Source of the DNA: Solirubrobacterales bacterium
GTDB lineage: Bacteria > Actinomycetota > Thermoleophilia > Solirubrobacterales > Solirubrobacteraceae
Length of the DNA: 64,000 nucleotides
Reading direction: 5' to 3'
NCBI GenBank assembly: GCA_003137075.1
Contig: PLES01000052.1
Coordinates: forward strand, 10,017-74,016
Shown: piece after piece, positions 40,632-49,691 of the stretch
How positions within the stretch are numbered: the stretch's first letter is position 1
Layout: each line of letters opens with the position of its first letter
Position numbers and translations under genes: made by a program
The notes under the pieces: generated by a model
What the model saw: only the letters and a program-made list of their open reading frames with translations
Told to the model about the DNA's origin: nothing
The model's database searches: none

Positions 40632-42163
40632 AGTTCCATTGTTGCCGATTTGTCAGCGTCTGTACGCGCGTCGCGCTCCGCCGCGCTCGGCCTGAACCGC
40701 TGGGCGATCTGAGCCATCGCCAGGGAGCCACCGATCGCGAGCAGGGGCACCGCCGGGATCAGATAACGCAACCCGAAGCCGCCGGTCGCCGCGGTACCGA
40801 GCAGCAGGCAGACGCCGGTGCCGCCCAGCAGCAGGATTTCGCGGCGCCCGGGCAGCCGCATCAGCACAGCAAACACGGCCGCGAGCGCCAGCAGCGCCAA
40901 CAGCGGCCGCGGCACGTGGAAGCTGCCGCGGTACCAGCGCACCAGGCCGGAGGGGGAGCGCACGGAGAGATGCAGGCCCGGCAGGTCGAGCTTCCGCGTC
41001 GCCGGTGCGCTGGCCTCGTCCCGCGCCCGCAGCGGTAGCGAGGTGGCGCTGACCGAGTCGTTGTAGGCGGTGGCTCCGGGCGTGAAATAGCGCAGGAAGT
41101 CCCCGAGCGTCGCTCCGACGAAGTCGAGTGGTTGATGGCGGATGATCGCCTCGGAGAACGAGAGCAGCGTCGCGTTGGTCGAGGCCACCTTCGAGACCGA
41201 TTGATTCGCTGGATCGAAAACGCGTTGTGCCGGTGACGGACCCCAGACGTACCAGTCGGGCGCCGAGGGGTGGCTGGCACGCTGGGCCTTTGACTCGCAG
41301 AGCGGGCGCGCAGCTGGCTCGAGCGTGCCTCCGGTGCAGTCGGCAAAGCCGGCGACGCGTCCGTAGAGCGTCCAGCCTGAGGTGGCCGTCAGCCCGAACA
41401 CGTGGTATTTCGAGTCGACTGCGGCGCTATATGCGCAGAGTGGGATCACCAGTGCAAGCAGGAAGGCCACAAACGCCCGTGAACCGGCACGGATCCAGAC
41501 CAGGTAGATCAGGAAGACGGGAATCGTGAACGGCGCCGCCTCGCGCTCCAGTGCAGCGAAGGCGAGCAGCAGCCCGCAGAACGCCGCCCGCAGCCAGATC
41601 CGGTCGTGGCCCTGCACCGAAGCTGTCGCCGCCGCGGGTCTCGCCGCCGCCAGGCGCGGCCAGACCAGCACAAGCGTCGCGGCCAGCATCGTCACGCCGA
41701 AGAAGGTGTCCGACATCACGTACTGCTCGAGCGTGATCGCGTAGCCGTCAAACAGCACCAGCGCAGCCGCCGCGGTTGCGCCCCAGCGCGGTACGCGCGC
41801 CCGCAACAGCGCGGCGTAGATCGCGACGCCGGCGCCGAGCCCCGCCAAGTGCTGGAAGGCGACCAGTTCAAGCAGGCTGCGGTCAGGCAGCGTCAGCAGG
41901 TGCACCAGCAGCGGGTAACCGACCGGGTGAATCGTCGGTAGGCCGACGATCGCGCCCTTGTAGGCGGTCGCGATGTAGCCCCACGAGTCAGGGAACAGCA
42001 GCGCCGGCGTGTAGGCGACCATCGTCAGCAGTCGTACGAGCGCTCCCAGCCCGACAGCTATCAGCAACGGCCAGTGGGGCGCCAAGCGCGTGACGAGCGA
42101 CCCAGCGCTCTCCCGCAGACCGGCTGGCCCGCGTCTCCTGACCCCCTGGGTGGCGGTGGTCAC
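40628..42163 (-). CDS. Polytopic membrane protein, putative GT-C-fold (lipid-carrier-dependent) glycosyltransferase
   Basis: 511 aa with about 10 TM helices and an acidic motif in the first predicted outer loop (LLFPDSWGY). A soluble loop of about 150 aa precedes the last helices. It overlaps the purM start by 4 nt. The assignment rests on architecture only. Confidence 0.45.
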   Translation of the reverse strand: MTTATQGVRRRGPAGLRESAGSLVTRLAPHWPLLIAVGLGALVRLLTMVAYTPALLFPDSWGYIATAYKGAIVGLPTIHPVGYPLLVHLLTLPDRSLLELVAFQHLAGLGAGVAIYAALLRARVPRWGATAAAALVLFDGYAITLEQYVMSDTFFGVTMLAATLVLVWPRLAAARPAAATASVQGHDRIWLRAAFCGLLLAFAALEREAAPFTIPVFLIYLVWIRAGSRAFVAFLLALVIPLCAYSAAVDSKYHVFGLTATSGWTLYGRVAGFADCTGGTLEPAARPLCESKAQRASHPSAPDWYVWGPSPAQRVFDPANQSVSKVASTNATLLSFSEAIIRHQPLDFVGATLGDFLRYFTPGATAYNDSVSATSLPLRARDEASAPATRKLDLPGLHLSVRSPSGLVRWYRGSFHVPRPLLALLALAAVFAVLMRLPGRREILLLGGTGVCLLLGTAATGGFGLRYLIPAVPLLAIGGSLAMAQIAQRFRPSAAERDARTDADKSATMEL

Positions 42164-42178
42164 GATGACCCCGCCGGT

Positions 42179-42988
42179 CTAGCGCTCCGACCAGAGGCGC
42201 CGCAGCACCACCGAGCCGAGCGCGATGCGGTACGCGGCAATCGGCGCCAGCGGCCGGTCGCGCTCGATGTGCTCGATGATCCGCGTTGAGCCGAGCGTCG
42301 AGAAGAAGGACGCCGCCGCACCGATCGCGAACGGCACCGCCGTGCCCTCGGGCAGGCCGTGCCGCTTGAGCCGCAGCAGCTTCAGACCAGTGGCGCCGGC
42401 GATCACTGGCAGCGCCACGTGGCGTGACAGGCGCTCGGCGTCGGCGCGGGTGAAGCCGCGCAGCCGCGCGGCTGTGAGGGTCGCCCCGTTTCGTGAGACT
42501 CCGGGGATCAGCGCGCAGGCTTGCGCCAGTCCGAGCCAGGCTCCGTCAGCGGCCCGCGCATCCTCATGGCCGCGTTCCTGAGGACGGCGGTCAGCCCACG
42601 CCATTGCGGCGCCGCCCACCATCAGGCCAACGGCAATCGATCCCGCACGGCCGAGGTGTCGCTCGATCGGCTTTTCCAGCAGGAAGCCGATCGCCGCGGG
42701 CGTTACGAAAGAGAGCGCGACCACTTTGACTCGCTCAAGGTCGGTGGTGCGGGCCGACTCGATCACTTCACCGCGCAGCGCGATCAGCAGCGCTGCGGCG
42801 GTACCGGCGTGTAGCGCGACCTCGAATGCCTTGCGGACCTCGGGGTCAGCGGCCGCGTGCTCATCCCAGCGCAGCAGCCACGGGATCAGCTCGATGTGAC
42901 CGGATGATGAGATCGGCAACAGCTCGGCCGGCCCGTGCATGGCACCGAGCGCAAGCGCCCTACCGGCCGCTCGGCTGCGCGCGCCCAT
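42179..42988 (-). CDS. uppP: Undecaprenyl-diphosphate phosphatase UppP/BacA
   Basis: ELLPISSSGHIELIPWLL signature and PGVSRNGATLTAARL motif. The start was trimmed to the Met whose A is shared with the upstream DedA stop (TGATG on the coding strand). Confidence 0.85.
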   Translation of the reverse strand: MGARSRAAGRALALGAMHGPAELLPISSSGHIELIPWLLRWDEHAAADPEVRKAFEVALHAGTAAALLIALRGEVIESARTTDLERVKVVALSFVTPAAIGFLLEKPIERHLGRAGSIAVGLMVGGAAMAWADRRPQERGHEDARAADGAWLGLAQACALIPGVSRNGATLTAARLRGFTRADAERLSRHVALPVIAGATGLKLLRLKRHGLPEGTAVPFAIGAAASFFSTLGSTRIIEHIERDRPLAPIAAYRIALGSVVLRRLWSER

Positions 42989-43617
42989 CAAGCCAGCGCG
43001 CGCCGCGAGCGGGTGCGTCTCACGATCCACCAGACAACCGCGAAAACGACCACCACTACGACCGCGTAATCGACGTATTGCAGGTGCTGCTTCCACTGCG
43101 GCCACTGCTTGCCGACGGCCTTTCCGACCAATGCCCAGGCAGTGATCCAGACCAGCGACCCGAGCGCGCTCATCGCCACGAACTTTCGGTAGCCCATCTT
43201 CACGATGCCCGCCGCGTACGGCGGCGCCGAACGGAAGACCGGAACCAGGCGGCTGATCGCCACCACCGGCGCGCCGAAGCGTTGGACCCAGGCACCGGTG
43301 CGCTCGATCTTCTCGCGCTCCACGTGCAGCGGGCTGCCGCGACGGGAGAGCAGTTCAATCAACCCGTAGTTCCCGATCGCGTACGCGATCGATGCGCCAA
43401 TCACATCACCAACCACGCCGGCGATGATGATCCCGGGCAGCGAGAGATGATGGTTGTCGACGCTGAAGCCGGCGAACAGCATCGTCACCTCGGTGCCGGG
43501 CACGATCGCCAGCTGCGACATGATGATCAGCAGACAGACCCCTGGAAGTCCAAGGTGTTGGACAACGTGTGTTGCGAATGTCACCAGTGAGGCGGTGACT
43601 GAAGCGACGGTAAGCAC
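42988..43617 (-). CDS. DedA-family membrane protein
   Basis: The C-terminal roughly 200 aa of the ORF show DedA features (GLPGVCLLIIMSQLAIVPGTEVTMLFAGF, RFGAPVVAISRLVPVFRSAPPYAAGI). The start was set at GTG 43617, because the upstream extension would overlap the divergent DegT gene. Confidence 0.7.
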   Translation of the reverse strand: MLTVASVTASLVTFATHVVQHLGLPGVCLLIIMSQLAIVPGTEVTMLFAGFSVDNHHLSLPGIIIAGVVGDVIGASIAYAIGNYGLIELLSRRGSPLHVEREKIERTGAWVQRFGAPVVAISRLVPVFRSAPPYAAGIVKMGYRKFVAMSALGSLVWITAWALVGKAVGKQWPQWKQHLQYVDYAVVVVVVFAVVWWIVRRTRSRRALA

Positions 43618-43645
43618 GGCGCTGAGTGTACGGTTGTCGCGAGAT

Positions 43646-44725
43646 ATGGCAGTCCCGCTATTCGATACCGACACTCCGCTGGCCCCGTTCAGGGAGCAGA
43701 TCATCGAGCGCGTGAGCGCCGTGATCCGCGGTGGGCACTTCATCCTCGGGCCTGAAGTCAAGGCCTTTGAAGCGGAGCTGGCCGCGTATGTCGGCGCCAA
43801 GCACGCGATCGGCGTGGCCAACGGCACCGACGCCTTGACGATCGCGGTACGCGCCGCTGGGGTTGAGCCCGGAGACGAAGTGATCGTGCCTTCGATGACT
43901 TTTTACGCGACTGCGGAGGCCGTGGCCGCGATGGGAGCGATCCCGGTGTTCGCGGATGTCGACTACGACACCCGCAACCTGACTGCCGCGACGGTCAAGG
44001 CGGCGCAGACGCCAAAGACCAAGGCGGTCGTGACCGTTGACCTCTTCGGGATGCCGGCGCTGAGCGCGCAGATCAAGCACGAGACCGGGCTGCCGGTGAT
44101 CGAGGATGCAGCCCAGGCGATTGGCGCGAGCCTTGGCGGCAAGCGGGCCGGCATGCTCGGTGACGCCGGTACGTTCTCCTTCTATCCGTCCAAGAACCTC
44201 GGCGCCTTCGGCGACGGCGGCGCAATTGTCACCGACGACGACCACATAGCTGAGATCGCGCGCGCGCTGCGTTTCCACGGGTCGAAGGACAAGCAGTCGT
44301 TCGAGTACGTCGGCTACAACTCACGCCTCGACGAGATCCAGGCAGCCGTGCTCAGGGTGCTGCTGCCGCAGATCGACGCCTGGTGTGACGGGCGTCGTGC
44401 CGGCGCCCAGGCCTACGTCGATGCCGGCCTCGGCGACCACTTCAAGCTTCCGGGCTCGCTCGACGGGGCTGTGCCGGCCTGGCACCTCTACGTTCCGGCT
44501 GCAGATGACGCCGACGCCAAGCTCGCCAAGCTCAACGCCGCCGGCGTGCAGGCGCGCGCCTACTACCGCACGCCGCTGCACCGCCAGCCCGCGATGGCCC
44601 AGTTCGCGCCGGCCCACGAGTTGCCGGTTACCGATGAGCTCGCCCGCACGATCCTGGCGTTGCCGATCAGCCCCGTGTTCACGCGCGCCCAGGCTGATGA
44701 AGTTGTGGCCGCGCTGGCGGCTTAG
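43646..44725 (+). CDS. DegT/DnrJ/EryC1/StrS-family PLP-dependent sugar aminotransferase (PglE-like)
   Basis: Start trimmed to MAVPLFDT. Motifs GPEVKAFEAELA, GVANGTDAL, VPSMTFYATAEAV and the PLP-lysine region FSFYPSKNLGAFGDGG. Confidence 0.85.
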   Translation: MAVPLFDTDTPLAPFREQIIERVSAVIRGGHFILGPEVKAFEAELAAYVGAKHAIGVANGTDALTIAVRAAGVEPGDEVIVPSMTFYATAEAVAAMGAIPVFADVDYDTRNLTAATVKAAQTPKTKAVVTVDLFGMPALSAQIKHETGLPVIEDAAQAIGASLGGKRAGMLGDAGTFSFYPSKNLGAFGDGGAIVTDDDHIAEIARALRFHGSKDKQSFEYVGYNSRLDEIQAAVLRVLLPQIDAWCDGRRAGAQAYVDAGLGDHFKLPGSLDGAVPAWHLYVPAADDADAKLAKLNAAGVQARAYYRTPLHRQPAMAQFAPAHELPVTDELARTILALPISPVFTRAQADEVVAALAA

Positions 44726-44784
44726 CGGAGCCGCCAGCTTGAAGACCGGGGACGGCAGACTGTGACCAACGCGGGCGGATCACA

Positions 44785-45789
44785 GTGAAGGTCTGGGTCG
44801 ACCTGACCAACTCCCCGCACGTGCTGGTGCTCGCGCCGATCATCCGGCGCCTTCAGCAGCAGGGGCATGAGGTGGAGGTCACTGCGCGCGACTTCGCCCA
44901 GACCCTGGCGCTCTGTGAGCGGCTCCAGATTGACTGCCACCCGATTGGGCATCACCGCGGCGCCGGGCTCAAGGACAAGGCGACAGGCCTCTTTGACAGG
45001 TCGCTTGCGCTTGCCCGATTTGCGCGCAAGCGCGGTTTCGACGTCTCCTTCGGCCACGGCTCAAACGACGTAACGGTCGCCTCAAAGCTGCTGCGGATCC
45101 CCAACGCGACGATGTTCGACTACGAGTGGGCGACGGTGCAACACAACGTCAACTGCCGGCTCGCTCGGGCTGTGGTCGTACCCGACATGATCCCGGCGGA
45201 GCGCTTCAGGCAGTACGGCGCGACCAAGAAGCTGCGCCAGTACCCAGGTCTCAAGGAGGAGTACTACCTCTACGACTTCGAGCCCGACCCGGCGGTGCTC
45301 GCGGAGCTCGAGCTCGACCCGCAGCAGCCGATACTGGTCGTGCGCACGCCGCCGGCGGTCTCGCTCTACCACCGGTTTGAGAACGACCTCTTCGGTGAGG
45401 TGTTGCAGCGCGTACGCGGGACCCAAGCGGTGGTTCTGCCTCGTACCCCGGAGCAGCGTAAGCAGCTCAACGAAGCCGGCGGTTTCATCGTTCCCGAGCA
45501 GGCGATAGATGCGCAGTCGCTGATCGCCTACGCAGACCTGGTGGTCTCTGCCGGCGGCACCATGAACCGTGAGGCTGTGGCGCTCGGAACGCCGGTGTTC
45601 ACGGTCTTTGAGGGCAAACTTGGTGCTGTTGACGAGCGCCTGATTGCGGAGGGGCGCCTGCGCAAGCTGGAACGCGTTGACCAGGTCACGCTCACCAAGC
45701 GCGAGTCGGCGGACCCCGCTCGTCCTGGAGCTGACCGCATCCGCCGCGATCCGCAACTGCTTGTGGAGTTGCTGACCTCCTACCCGTAG
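44785..45789 (+). CDS. DUF354-like GT-B-fold protein
   Basis: 334 aa, GTG start. The N-terminus MKVWVDLTNSPHVLVLAPIIRRLQQQGHEVEVTARDF matches my recollection of the DUF354 (PF04007) pattern iWiDi..P.hv..f.pii..L...GheV..TaRd. C-terminal G-rich loop SAGGTMNREAVALGTPV. Confidence 0.5.
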   Translation: MKVWVDLTNSPHVLVLAPIIRRLQQQGHEVEVTARDFAQTLALCERLQIDCHPIGHHRGAGLKDKATGLFDRSLALARFARKRGFDVSFGHGSNDVTVASKLLRIPNATMFDYEWATVQHNVNCRLARAVVVPDMIPAERFRQYGATKKLRQYPGLKEEYYLYDFEPDPAVLAELELDPQQPILVVRTPPAVSLYHRFENDLFGEVLQRVRGTQAVVLPRTPEQRKQLNEAGGFIVPEQAIDAQSLIAYADLVVSAGGTMNREAVALGTPVFTVFEGKLGAVDERLIAEGRLRKLERVDQVTLTKRESADPARPGADRIRRDPQLLVELLTSYP

Positions 45790-45862
45790 CCGTTTGCGCG
45801 CTCAATCAGGCTGAAGTGCTTCGCGGTGGTGCTTTGGCTCCAAGGCAATAGAATCCGACGCG

Positions 45863-47839
45863 ATGCGCCGACGGATTCGGTCCGCGGCCTTGCCTATCCA
45901 CCGGCAGTCACTGCCACAGGTAGTCGTGGATGGCGTTCTGGTCGCCCTCGCCTACTTGCTTGCCTTCTGGCTGAGGTTCGGTGGTCGTTGGCCGCACCGC
46001 TACAAGCTGCTCTTCACCCAGACCATCTGGTGGGTGGTCCCGCTGACACTGGTCGTGCTCGTCGGCTTCGGCGTATATCAGCGGCTCTGGAAGTACATCG
46101 GGCGTCGCGATTTTGAGGCGATCGCAAAGGGCGTCACCGTCGTCACGCTGCTGGTCGCCGGCGTGATCGCGCTTGCGCACCCGGTCACATATCACCCGGT
46201 CTACAAATCCGAGACCCGGCTGCTGACCTCTGGCGTCGAGCTGCCGGCATCGGTGATCGCCGTCTTCCTACTGCTCAGCTTCGCGTTGCTTGCAGGTGCG
46301 CGCTTCGTCACGCACGCGATCAGTGAGGGACGGGTGCGAACCATGAGCGCGCCCAAGGGCACGCGTGAGGTCTTGATCGTCGGCGCGGGTGAGGGTGGCC
46401 GGCTGGTCGCGCGGGAGCTGATGCGCAACCCCGCGCTGCAGATGCGCCCGGTCGGCTTTATCGATAACGACCCGCGCAAGCGGGGCCTCAAGGACGAATA
46501 CGGCCTCAAGGTTCTGGGCACGCATGAACCGCGCGAGCTGGGCCGCGTGCTCGACGCGGTCGAGCCTGACGAGGTGCTGATCGCAATTCCGTCCGCGCCG
46601 GGCACGGTTCGCGCGGCGGTGGTAACCGCCTGCCGTAGCCGCGGTATCCCGGTCCGCACGATGCCGACCGTGTTTGAGATGTTGCAGGACGGCGGCGGCG
46701 AGCTACGTGTGACGCGCCAGCTGCGTGAGGTTCGAGTCGAGGACATCCTGGGCCGTGAACCGGTGCACATGGAGCTTGAGCGCGTCGGCGCCTACCTAGC
46801 CGGGCAGGTCGTCCTCGTGACCGGCGCCGGCGGGTCGATCGGTGGCGAGCTCTGCCGCCAGATCGCGCGCGTCGGGCCGAGCAAGCTGGTGCTCGTCGAC
46901 CATGCCGAGGACAACCTCTTTGAGATCTCGCGCGAGCTCTCCGAGGAGCGCCACGTCAACGTGACCGTGCCGGTGCTGGCGGACTGCAAGGAGGAGGAGC
47001 GGATGCGTGAGGTGCTGAGCGAGCATCGTCCAACCGCTGTCTTCCACGCCGCCGCCTACAAGCACGTCGCGATGATGGAGATGAACCCGGTCGAGGCGGT
47101 GCGCAACAACTCGCTTGCGACGCTGCTGATGGCGCGGATCGCCGGCGAGATGGGCGTCAAGAACTTCGTTCTGATCTCAACCGACAAGGCGGTCAAGCCG
47201 GCAACGGTGATGGGGGCCTCCAAGGCGCTGGCGGAGTGGGCCGTCGAGGCGATGGCCTCCCGCCACCCCAAGACGCGTTACGCGACCGTTCGCTTCGGCA
47301 ACGTGCTCGGTTCCTCCGGGTCGGTCGTGCCGATCTTCAGAAGGCAGATCGCCGCCGGTGGTCCGGTAACGGTCACCGACAAGCGCATGAGCCGCTACTT
47401 CATGACGATCCCAGAGGCGGTCCAGCTGGTGATCCGCGCCGGCTCGCTGACGGAGCGCAGCGGTGACGTCTTTGTGCTCGAGATGGGGGAGCCGATCAAG
47501 ATCGTTGAGCTCGCTGAGACCATGATCCGTCTCTCTGGCTTTGAGCCCGGCCGTGACATCGCGATCGAGGAGGTCGGCGCCAGGCCCGGCGAGAAGTTCC
47601 ACGAGCTGCTGTTCAACCCGTATGAGCGGGCACAGTCGACGCCGTCCAGCAAGATCATGCGCGCCGAGCGCGAGCACCTCGACCCAGGTTGGGTAAGGGC
47701 CACGTTCGATCACATCAACCTTTTGGTGCTCGAGAACAACGCGGCTGCGCTCGCGGAGCACGTTTCCAAGCTCGACGCGGAGCGGCTAGCCGGTACCGCC
47801 TCCGGTACCGGAGGGTCCACTACCGGCGCTCCGTCGTAG
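45863..47839 (+). CDS. Membrane-anchored NDP-sugar 4,6-dehydratase (CapD/WbpM/PglF-like)
   Basis: 658 aa with four N-terminal TM helices, a first Rossmann domain (VLIVGAGEGG), then VLVTGAGGSIGGELCRQI, AAYKHV and STDKAVKPATVMGASK. Confidence 0.85.
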   Translation: MRRRIRSAALPIHRQSLPQVVVDGVLVALAYLLAFWLRFGGRWPHRYKLLFTQTIWWVVPLTLVVLVGFGVYQRLWKYIGRRDFEAIAKGVTVVTLLVAGVIALAHPVTYHPVYKSETRLLTSGVELPASVIAVFLLLSFALLAGARFVTHAISEGRVRTMSAPKGTREVLIVGAGEGGRLVARELMRNPALQMRPVGFIDNDPRKRGLKDEYGLKVLGTHEPRELGRVLDAVEPDEVLIAIPSAPGTVRAAVVTACRSRGIPVRTMPTVFEMLQDGGGELRVTRQLREVRVEDILGREPVHMELERVGAYLAGQVVLVTGAGGSIGGELCRQIARVGPSKLVLVDHAEDNLFEISRELSEERHVNVTVPVLADCKEEERMREVLSEHRPTAVFHAAAYKHVAMMEMNPVEAVRNNSLATLLMARIAGEMGVKNFVLISTDKAVKPATVMGASKALAEWAVEAMASRHPKTRYATVRFGNVLGSSGSVVPIFRRQIAAGGPVTVTDKRMSRYFMTIPEAVQLVIRAGSLTERSGDVFVLEMGEPIKIVELAETMIRLSGFEPGRDIAIEEVGARPGEKFHELLFNPYERAQSTPSSKIMRAEREHLDPGWVRATFDHINLLVLENNAAALAEHVSKLDAERLAGTASGTGGSTTGAPS

Positions 47840-47855
47840 ACTGCCCCCGCAGCGC

Positions 47856-49100
47856 ATGGAAGTCCCCTTCGCTTTATCAATCCACAAGTTCGTCAACTCG
47901 ATCGGAGCTGACGCCGGTTTCGCAGCGTTCGTGTGCGTGGCCGTGATCGGATTGCTCTATTTCGCGCAGGCCCGTGACACGGCGACATTGCGCGAGCGGC
48001 TTGAGGACGCCCATGACCGGATCGGTGGCCTTGAGGCGCGGATCGCGCAACTAATGCACTTGCAGTCGGCGCGTCAGTCGGTGCCGGCCCCGCCGGCGCC
48101 CGGACGAGTTACGCCGCCGCCGGTGGCAGCGCGGCCGATGGGCAGCGCGATCGCCTCGGTCAGGCGCGTCCCGGCGGCCACCGCTGCCGGCACCGGAGCG
48201 ACTCCCGGCACACCGTTTCCCGTCGCTCCTGTGGGCGTGGGCGCGCCGGCGCTCGCCTCCGCAACCAAGCTGATCCCAGATCCGGTGCTGCCGGCGGCCA
48301 CCGGCCCGGCAACCGACGACACGATCCTCGTCCCGGCTGCGGCCGTGAAGGCCGCCAACGGCAACGGTGAGGCGCCGGCGGTGCCTGCCGGCATCCCGCC
48401 GCGGGCCACCGGCGCGAGTGCACCGCCGCGTGTGCAGATTCGGACCGACGGCTCAGGCGCGACCCCGCGGCGCGCCGCGGGCGCCCCGCCGACGCGACCG
48501 CTCGGCGAGGCCCGCTTCGACGTATTTGAGCAAGACCATGGCTCCCGCCAACGAGGGCGCCGGCTCCCGCTCGCGATCGGCCTGGTCGCGCTCGTGGTGA
48601 TCATCGGCGGCGTCGTGGCGATCTTGTCGAGCAGCTCCAGCAACTCGACCGGTAACGGCACCAAGACCACGGTCGCCAAAACCAAGACCAGCTCGACCAC
48701 CGGCAAGCACAAGGGCACCAAGCACAGGGGCGCGCCCTTCGTCGCGTCGAGTGTGAGCGTCGCCGTGCTCAACGGAACCTCGCGGGCAGGCCTCGCCGCC
48801 GACGTCTCCACAGCGCTTTCCGGGGCCGGCTATCAAAAGGGCAGCGTCACAAACGCCGCCTCGCAGAATGACCCCAAGACGACCGTCTACTTCACGTCCG
48901 GCTACAAGTCCGCCGCGGACCACGTGGCCAAGCAGCTCAAGCTCAGCGATGCGAGCGTGAAGCCAGCGACACAGTCGGCGATCCACAGCTGCGCGACCTC
49001 GCCCACCGGGTCGACCACGTCGTGTAGCGGCAACGTGATCGTCTCCGTCGGCCAGGACAGAGCCTCGATGGCGTCGACCGGCTCCTCCTCCGCCGGGTAG
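47856..49100 (+). CDS. Membrane-anchored protein with Pro/Ala-rich spacer and C-terminal LytR_C-like domain
   Basis: 414 aa with an N-terminal TM helix, a coiled segment, a PA-rich region, a second TM helix and a Ser/Thr/Lys-rich stretch. It ends with VAVLNGTSRAGLAADVSTALSGAGYQKGSVTNA...TVYF, which is typical of LytR cell-envelope-related C-terminal domains. Confidence 0.55.
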   Translation: MEVPFALSIHKFVNSIGADAGFAAFVCVAVIGLLYFAQARDTATLRERLEDAHDRIGGLEARIAQLMHLQSARQSVPAPPAPGRVTPPPVAARPMGSAIASVRRVPAATAAGTGATPGTPFPVAPVGVGAPALASATKLIPDPVLPAATGPATDDTILVPAAAVKAANGNGEAPAVPAGIPPRATGASAPPRVQIRTDGSGATPRRAAGAPPTRPLGEARFDVFEQDHGSRQRGRRLPLAIGLVALVVIIGGVVAILSSSSSNSTGNGTKTTVAKTKTSSTTGKHKGTKHRGAPFVASSVSVAVLNGTSRAGLAADVSTALSGAGYQKGSVTNAASQNDPKTTVYFTSGYKSAADHVAKQLKLSDASVKPATQSAIHSCATSPTGSTTSCSGNVIVSVGQDRASMASTGSSSAG

Positions 49101-49106
49101 CGAGCG

Positions 49107-49691
49107 TTGACACCGGTGGTCTCGTCGCTCGCCGGTAGTTCCGGCCTGCTGCTCGCGCGGCACGGACAGACCGATGACAATCTCGAGCCGATCCGCGCCC
49201 AGGGCTTCACTGACACGCCGCTGAATGCTGTCGGACGCGCTCAGGCCCACGAGCTGGCGGAACACATCTCGGCCAGCGGCCTGACGGTCGGTGCGCTCTG
49301 GTGCTCAGACCTCTCGCGCGCGGCTGAAACCGCCCGCGTGGTCGGCGAGCGGATCGGCATCGAGCCGCAACCAGAGCCGCGCCTGCGGGAGGGCAACCGG
49401 GGCGACTGGGAGGGGCGGCTGTTTATCGACATCGCGCGCGACGACCCTGCCGGCTACGCCGCCTGGATGCGCGCCGGCGCCGACTTTCGCTTCCCGGGTG
49501 GCGAGTCCCTGCAGGAGCACGCGGATCGTGTCTGGGCTGCGCTTGAGGAGATCCGCGCGATCGGGCCGCTGCCGGCCTTGGTCGTCTGTCACCGCGGCTC
49601 GATCAGAACGGTGCTCTGCCGCAGCGACCCTCGTGGGCTCTCCGCTTTCCACGAGTTCGAGGTCCCCAACACCGGCCTGGTGCCGCTGTGA
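49107..49691 (+). CDS. Histidine phosphatase family protein (second copy in the window)
   Basis: 194 aa with LLARHGQTDDN (RHG motif) and VVCHRGSIR. It overlaps the next gene by 4 nt. Confidence 0.8.
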   Translation: MTPVVSSLAGSSGLLLARHGQTDDNLEPIRAQGFTDTPLNAVGRAQAHELAEHISASGLTVGALWCSDLSRAAETARVVGERIGIEPQPEPRLREGNRGDWEGRLFIDIARDDPAGYAAWMRAGADFRFPGGESLQEHADRVWAALEEIRAIGPLPALVVCHRGSIRTVLCRSDPRGLSAFHEFEVPNTGLVPL

